Assembly (NCBI GenBank): GCA_963664815.2 | Contig: CAXXHB010000003.1 | Coordinates: forward strand, 832,001-896,000 | DNA length: 64,000 nucleotides | Reading direction: 5' to 3' | Source: Spirochaetota bacterium | GTDB lineage: Bacteria; Spirochaetota; UBA4802; UBA5550 | Part shown: in pieces, positions 59,951 to 64,000 of the stretch | Numbering within the stretch: position 1 is the first letter of the stretch | How the letters are laid out: each line of letters starts with the position of its first letter | Position numbers and translations under genes: made by a program | Notes under the pieces: generated by a model | Database searches by the model: none | Told to the model about the DNA's origin: nothing | What the model saw: the letters and a program-made list of their open reading frames with translations, nothing else

Positions 59951-61690
59951 ATGAGATATTATAAGTATTAATTTATGAATAAACTGAAAAAAACAGTACT
60001 GATGGTTATGCTGCTTGCAGTATTCGGCTGCGGCAACTCCTTTTACGAGGCGCAGGATTACCTGACCGGCCCTGTAAGCGGCGTGGGACTTAAGAAGAGC
60101 ACGACTATAGCGAGCGGCGGTACTGAGCAGCTTTCTGCGGTGGTTGTCCCCTCAAAGACATCGAATAAGGGTGTAACATGGACAAGCAGCGACAGCTCGA
60201 TAGTATCGGTGGATGCAAACGGCCTTGTTTCTGCGGTTGTTGTTGTGGCACATGGGCAGACAAAACAGGCAGTGATAACAGTAACTACGTCTGAGGGGGG
60301 TTACAGCACGCAGTGCACTGTAACGGTGGTTGAGAAGCCTGTTGCAGTAACAGGGGTTACGCTTAACAGGAGTTCGGCATACCTCTATTACCAGTCAGGG
60401 AGTATCTATTCAACGGATCAGCTTGCGGCAACAATTACACCATCTGCGGCTACAAACCAGGCAATAACATGGTCCAGCGATGATCCCACAATAGCTTCGG
60501 TAAATAACGGCCTTGTGACTCCGAACAGAACCGGATCAACTGTAATAAGGGTGACAACAGCCGACGGCGGCTACAGCGCGTCGTGTACATATACGGTAAC
60601 AGCTTCACCGGTACTGGTGACCGGAATAAGCCTCAATAAATCAGCATTAACTCTGGCTGCGGGGTATTCCGAGACGCTGTTTGCAAGTATAGTCCCCACG
60701 ACTGCGACAAACCAGACACTGACATGGACAAGCAGTACATCTGCAGCGACAGTGGATGCCCTCGGGAATGTTACAGGAGTGTCAGCGGGTAGTTCAACTA
60801 TAAGGGCGACTACAACTGACGGTTCTGCCAAATATGCCGAGGCGACAGTGACGGTGGTATCCACGCCTGTTTCTGTGACGGGTGTAACAGTATCTCCGAA
60901 GACAGCCACGGTGGCGATGGGGAGCCAGCAGACGTTGACTGCGACGATAACGCCGTCAGGTGCAACAAACCAGAACCTTGAGTGGAACAGCAACAACAGC
61001 GGAATAGTATCTGTGAGCAGCAGCGGCATAATAACGGGAATAGCCGCGGGGAACGCGAAGGTTACGGTAACCACGATCGACGGGAGTTACACAGCGACAA
61101 GCTATATTACAGTGTCATCGGAGCCTGCATATGCGGTAACCTACTACCCGAACAATCCTGCAACCGGTACAACAAGCGGATCGGTACCTGCGGATGCAAA
61201 CGGCTACATGTCGGGGGCGACCGTGACGGTGAGGAACAACGGAACGATTGTGAATACATTGAATACGTTTACGGGTTGGAATACCCAGGCAGGGGGGGGA
61301 GGAACAACGTATTCCCCCGGCTCGACATTTACGATGGGGAGCGCGGATGTTTCGCTTTACGCCCAGTGGACAACAGCTGCAACATATACGGTGACATACG
61401 ACGGTAATTTCAATACAGGGGGGAGTGTTCCGGCCGATGGGAACACATATACATCCGGGACAGCAGTGACTGTACTTGGCAATGTAAACAGTCTGGTGAG
61501 AACCGGTTTTGTTTTCGGCGGTTGGTATATGAGTTCCGGAACCATTCTCACCGCCGGGAGCGGAACATTCACCATGCCGGCATATAACGTGACACTGATG
61601 GCATACTGGATACCTGTTCATACCGTGACCTATATAGGTAACGGGAATACTTCGGGGAGTGTCCCCGTTGACAGCGTTTCATATACTGAG
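57350..61690 (+). repeat. ~1.7-kb near-identical direct duplication (57350-~59030 and 60002-~61690)
   Basis: Nucleotide sequences co-linear at offset ~2652 with short divergent patches. Confidence 0.92.
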
Positions 61691-62431
61691 GGGGTTGATA
61701 CGGTAACTATATCGGCAAACACTGGAAGTCTTGCCGGTGAAATTATAACCGGTTCCGTGGCGACAAACAACCAGATATGCCAGCGATTTACCGGGTGGAA
61801 TACATCGCCTGACGGCAACGGTACATCATATTCAGCCGGATCAACTTTGACTATGGGTAAGGCAAATATGATATTGTACGCAGTTTATACAACAGATACA
61901 GCTGTAATAGGTAAAGTCGGCCCGGGGGGCGGATGGGTATTTTATGATGCAGGTTCAACTCAAACTGATGCCTATGGGAGCTGGCGGTATATGGAGTGTG
62001 CTGTTTCAAATGTTGCTGGATTTGGTTCTGTGGCCTATCCACCTTTTGAGTGGAGCACTATAGCGAATGCTTATGCAAATGGATCTACACCATTACCTGC
62101 TACATTAGGAACAGGGCGGGCGAATACATATACGATAGTTGCGCAAAACAGCTCTGCGGACAGTGCAGCGAAATTGTGTCAGGATTACCGGGGTGGGGGG
62201 CTCAGTGACTGGTTTCTGCCATCGCTTGATGAATTTAATGCTATCGCTGCAGCAACATCGACATCAGGACTTGGAAGCCTCTCCTGGGATCACTGGACTT
62301 CTAGTGAAATTTCCGAGACTGTTGCCTATGTAGTATGGGTGTCTTTTGATACAGATCATAAAACTTATTCAACAAAATTTGATTATATTAAAAGCAGTTT
62401 AAGGGGTGTGCGCCCTGTAAGGGCATTCTGA
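59975..62431 (+). CDS. Surface lipoprotein: Big_2 Ig domains, InlB B-like repeats, DUF1566-like C-terminal domain
   Basis: Same stalk as upstream paralog; tip GPGGGWVFYD...WRYMEC...DWFLPS..E...WTSSE...VRPVRAF. Confidence 0.85.
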   Translation: MNKLKKTVLMVMLLAVFGCGNSFYEAQDYLTGPVSGVGLKKSTTIASGGTEQLSAVVVPSKTSNKGVTWTSSDSSIVSVDANGLVSAVVVVAHGQTKQAVITVTTSEGGYSTQCTVTVVEKPVAVTGVTLNRSSAYLYYQSGSIYSTDQLAATITPSAATNQAITWSSDDPTIASVNNGLVTPNRTGSTVIRVTTADGGYSASCTYTVTASPVLVTGISLNKSALTLAAGYSETLFASIVPTTATNQTLTWTSSTSAATVDALGNVTGVSAGSSTIRATTTDGSAKYAEATVTVVSTPVSVTGVTVSPKTATVAMGSQQTLTATITPSGATNQNLEWNSNNSGIVSVSSSGIITGIAAGNAKVTVTTIDGSYTATSYITVSSEPAYAVTYYPNNPATGTTSGSVPADANGYMSGATVTVRNNGTIVNTLNTFTGWNTQAGGGGTTYSPGSTFTMGSADVSLYAQWTTAATYTVTYDGNFNTGGSVPADGNTYTSGTAVTVLGNVNSLVRTGFVFGGWYMSSGTILTAGSGTFTMPAYNVTLMAYWIPVHTVTYIGNGNTSGSVPVDSVSYTEGVDTVTISANTGSLAGEIITGSVATNNQICQRFTGWNTSPDGNGTSYSAGSTLTMGKANMILYAVYTTDTAVIGKVGPGGGWVFYDAGSTQTDAYGSWRYMECAVSNVAGFGSVAYPPFEWSTIANAYANGSTPLPATLGTGRANTYTIVAQNSSADSAAKLCQDYRGGGLSDWFLPSLDEFNAIAAATSTSGLGSLSWDHWTSSEISETVAYVVWVSFDTDHKTYSTKFDYIKSSLRGVRPVRAF

Positions 62432-62531
62432 TATGTAATGGACCGATAGATTGCAGGGAAACAGGTTCCGGTGTTAAATACTTGTATTTAAAATTAATAC
62501 AACCCCGGATATTTCAGTTGCCGGCCGGAAA

Positions 62532-63194
62532 TTATATCTTTTCATTATTTATATTACATATTGTAAAGAATTCATATGTGTCTTTGTTATTATATGGATC
62601 CATTATTACAAGAGTGGTTTTTATTCCGGCCGGGAGTCTCTTTTTTTCTCTTGTATCCCATGTGTTAACCCAATCGCTTTCATATTTAAAATCAAACCTG
62701 ATTGATTCAACATTTTTTAAAATTATTTCTTCAGCCCCTGCATCAGCAGGGGAAAGAGGACCACTGCGATAATGAATTTCACTTCTTCTGATTAAATTAT
62801 TTTTACCGCTTTTACTGTCCATTTTAAGATAATAACCCACTGCATGAATATCTGAGGATGGAAAACTCTCTTTTATTGAAAAAATGAATTTATTGCTTTT
62901 ATATTCAACAGTAATAAATTCGAGTCTGCTGGAGTTACCTTCAATTGTAGAGATAAAATTTAAATATTTTGAATCAGCCTGCCAGAATGTATTTTGCAGA
63001 TCTGAATCTATTTTTCGTAGTACCAGGTTTACCTCTTCATAGTATTGAGATGCAACCTTTCCCTGATTGACGCTTCTTATAATGGATGAATATGCTGTGT
63101 AGACCATTACAAGTATAATCGAAGAAACGGCTGTAGCAACAAGCATTTCAATAAGCGTAAAGCCATCATTTTTATATATGAAATTCATTCTCAT
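62532..63194 (-). CDS. Type II secretion pseudopilin GspJ-like protein
   Basis: GFTLIEMLVA prepilin cleavage site; L..I..DL, V.YYL, L.RR, W...WD...LP.GI motifs. Confidence 0.8.
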   Translation of the reverse strand: MRMNFIYKNDGFTLIEMLVATAVSSIILVMVYTAYSSIIRSVNQGKVASQYYEEVNLVLRKIDSDLQNTFWQADSKYLNFISTIEGNSSRLEFITVEYKSNKFIFSIKESFPSSDIHAVGYYLKMDSKSGKNNLIRRSEIHYRSGPLSPADAGAEEIILKNVESIRFDFKYESDWVNTWDTREKKRLPAGIKTTLVIMDPYNNKDTYEFFTICNINNEKI

Positions 63195-63432
63195 AATGCC
63201 GTTATTGTGATCTTACCCCTTTATTTCAATACTACATCGAATTTAAAAATTTGAAGATTGAGAGATGTATTCAATACAAATGGTATTGTTTTAAATTTTT
63301 GAATACTATTAATTCTCGTTTTTATAAATGGAATCTATCTTTTAAAAATCTTTTTAATCTTATTTTTAATAGCATCCTCTTTAGAGTTTATCTGTTTATC
63401 TATTTTATCTCATAAAAACCGTTAATCTGAGA

Positions 63433-63960
63433 TTATTTTAAAATCTCGTAATCGGAACAAAAATCCTTTCGCCTGCATTTTTTGCATTGTAATCCCATCC
63501 AGATATTATCGAACTGATTCATAACCTGTTTCACTAATTCTGTATCTTCAGAGATAATTCCGGATTCAAAATTTCTTCTTGTTGAGCTTTTTGCCCCCAT
63601 GCCTGCTCCGGTAAGATTTGCACTTCCGGTATAGATAAAGGTTCCATCAATAATGACTGATTTGAAATGAACACGGGGGCAAAGAATTCGTTCTAATCCG
63701 CTTATAATATTCGGGTAGCGGTCGAAATCTTTACGGAAATTTGGCCCAGGTTCTTTTGCGTGAATAAGCCTTACAAAAATGTTTTTATCTATAAGATCAG
63801 ATAAAATTTCAAGAAATGGAACCATTAATCTTCCCTTTTTTACATGGAGATCCTTAATGTCAGATGTGGCTATCCATAAAAATTTCTTTGCGGATGGAAT
63901 TTTTTCAAGAATAACTCTGGTATAAATTTCTTCATCTGTAATAAATTCTGTTTTTTCCAT
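63433..63960 (-). CDS. Single-domain phospholipase D-like (HKD) protein with C-terminal Cys cluster
   Basis: HFKSVIID...GSANLT...NFESG; CKKCRRKDFC; start placed at ATG 63960. Confidence 0.82.
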   Translation of the reverse strand: MEKTEFITDEEIYTRVILEKIPSAKKFLWIATSDIKDLHVKKGRLMVPFLEILSDLIDKNIFVRLIHAKEPGPNFRKDFDRYPNIISGLERILCPRVHFKSVIIDGTFIYTGSANLTGAGMGAKSSTRRNFESGIISEDTELVKQVMNQFDNIWMGLQCKKCRRKDFCSDYEILK

Positions 63961-64000
63961 CTGTACAATTTTTAAGGATAATCTCAATATGCAACATCTT

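Noticed and set aside
57798-61818. Alternative-frame and antisense ORFs over the Ig genes (e.g. 58330-58785, 60982-61407, 57919-58377, 60571-61074)
   Set aside because: Shadows of the Thr/Val/Ser-rich duplicated coding sequence
62280-62431. DGR variable region in the DUF1566 tip
   Set aside because: No reverse transcriptase or template repeat was found in this window; kept only as a hypothesis to test genome-wide

Overview
64 kb of AT-rich bacterial chromosome, most likely an anaerobic spirochaete. That assignment is inferred from Lig-like Big_2 lipoproteins, DUF1566 domains and Leptospira-style surface proteins. The backbone carries a four-subunit 2-oxoacid:ferredoxin oxidoreductase operon, fatty-acid CoA ligase, crotonase, panB, aqpZ, inositol-3-phosphate synthase, kup with a c-di-AMP (ydaO) riboswitch, signalling genes and surface-protein genes. 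The most unusual part is a ~14 kb island (~28.2-42.25 kb) built on a type I R-M locus. Its hsdM and hsdR have each lost their catalytic middles while hsdS is intact. The locus is filled with cargo: an SMC/RloC-like ATPase + membrane protein + HEPN-like protein, a DUF4160/DUF2442 toxin-antitoxin pair flanked by an 88-bp duplication of the hsdS 3' end, a GxxExxY nuclease flanked by two copies of a palindromic element, and an ABC-ATPase + TOPRIM-like pair. REP-like palindromes are inserted in frame in both hsdM and hsdS. Other notable items are a dispersed ~105-113 bp AATTCCTT-ended element, a C-terminal domain shared by two unrelated exported proteins, and tandem Ig lipoproteins with near-identical stalks but different tip domains. 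No rRNA, tRNA, CRISPR array, integrase, transposase or reverse transcriptase was recognised. All family assignments come from motif recognition by eye, not database searches.
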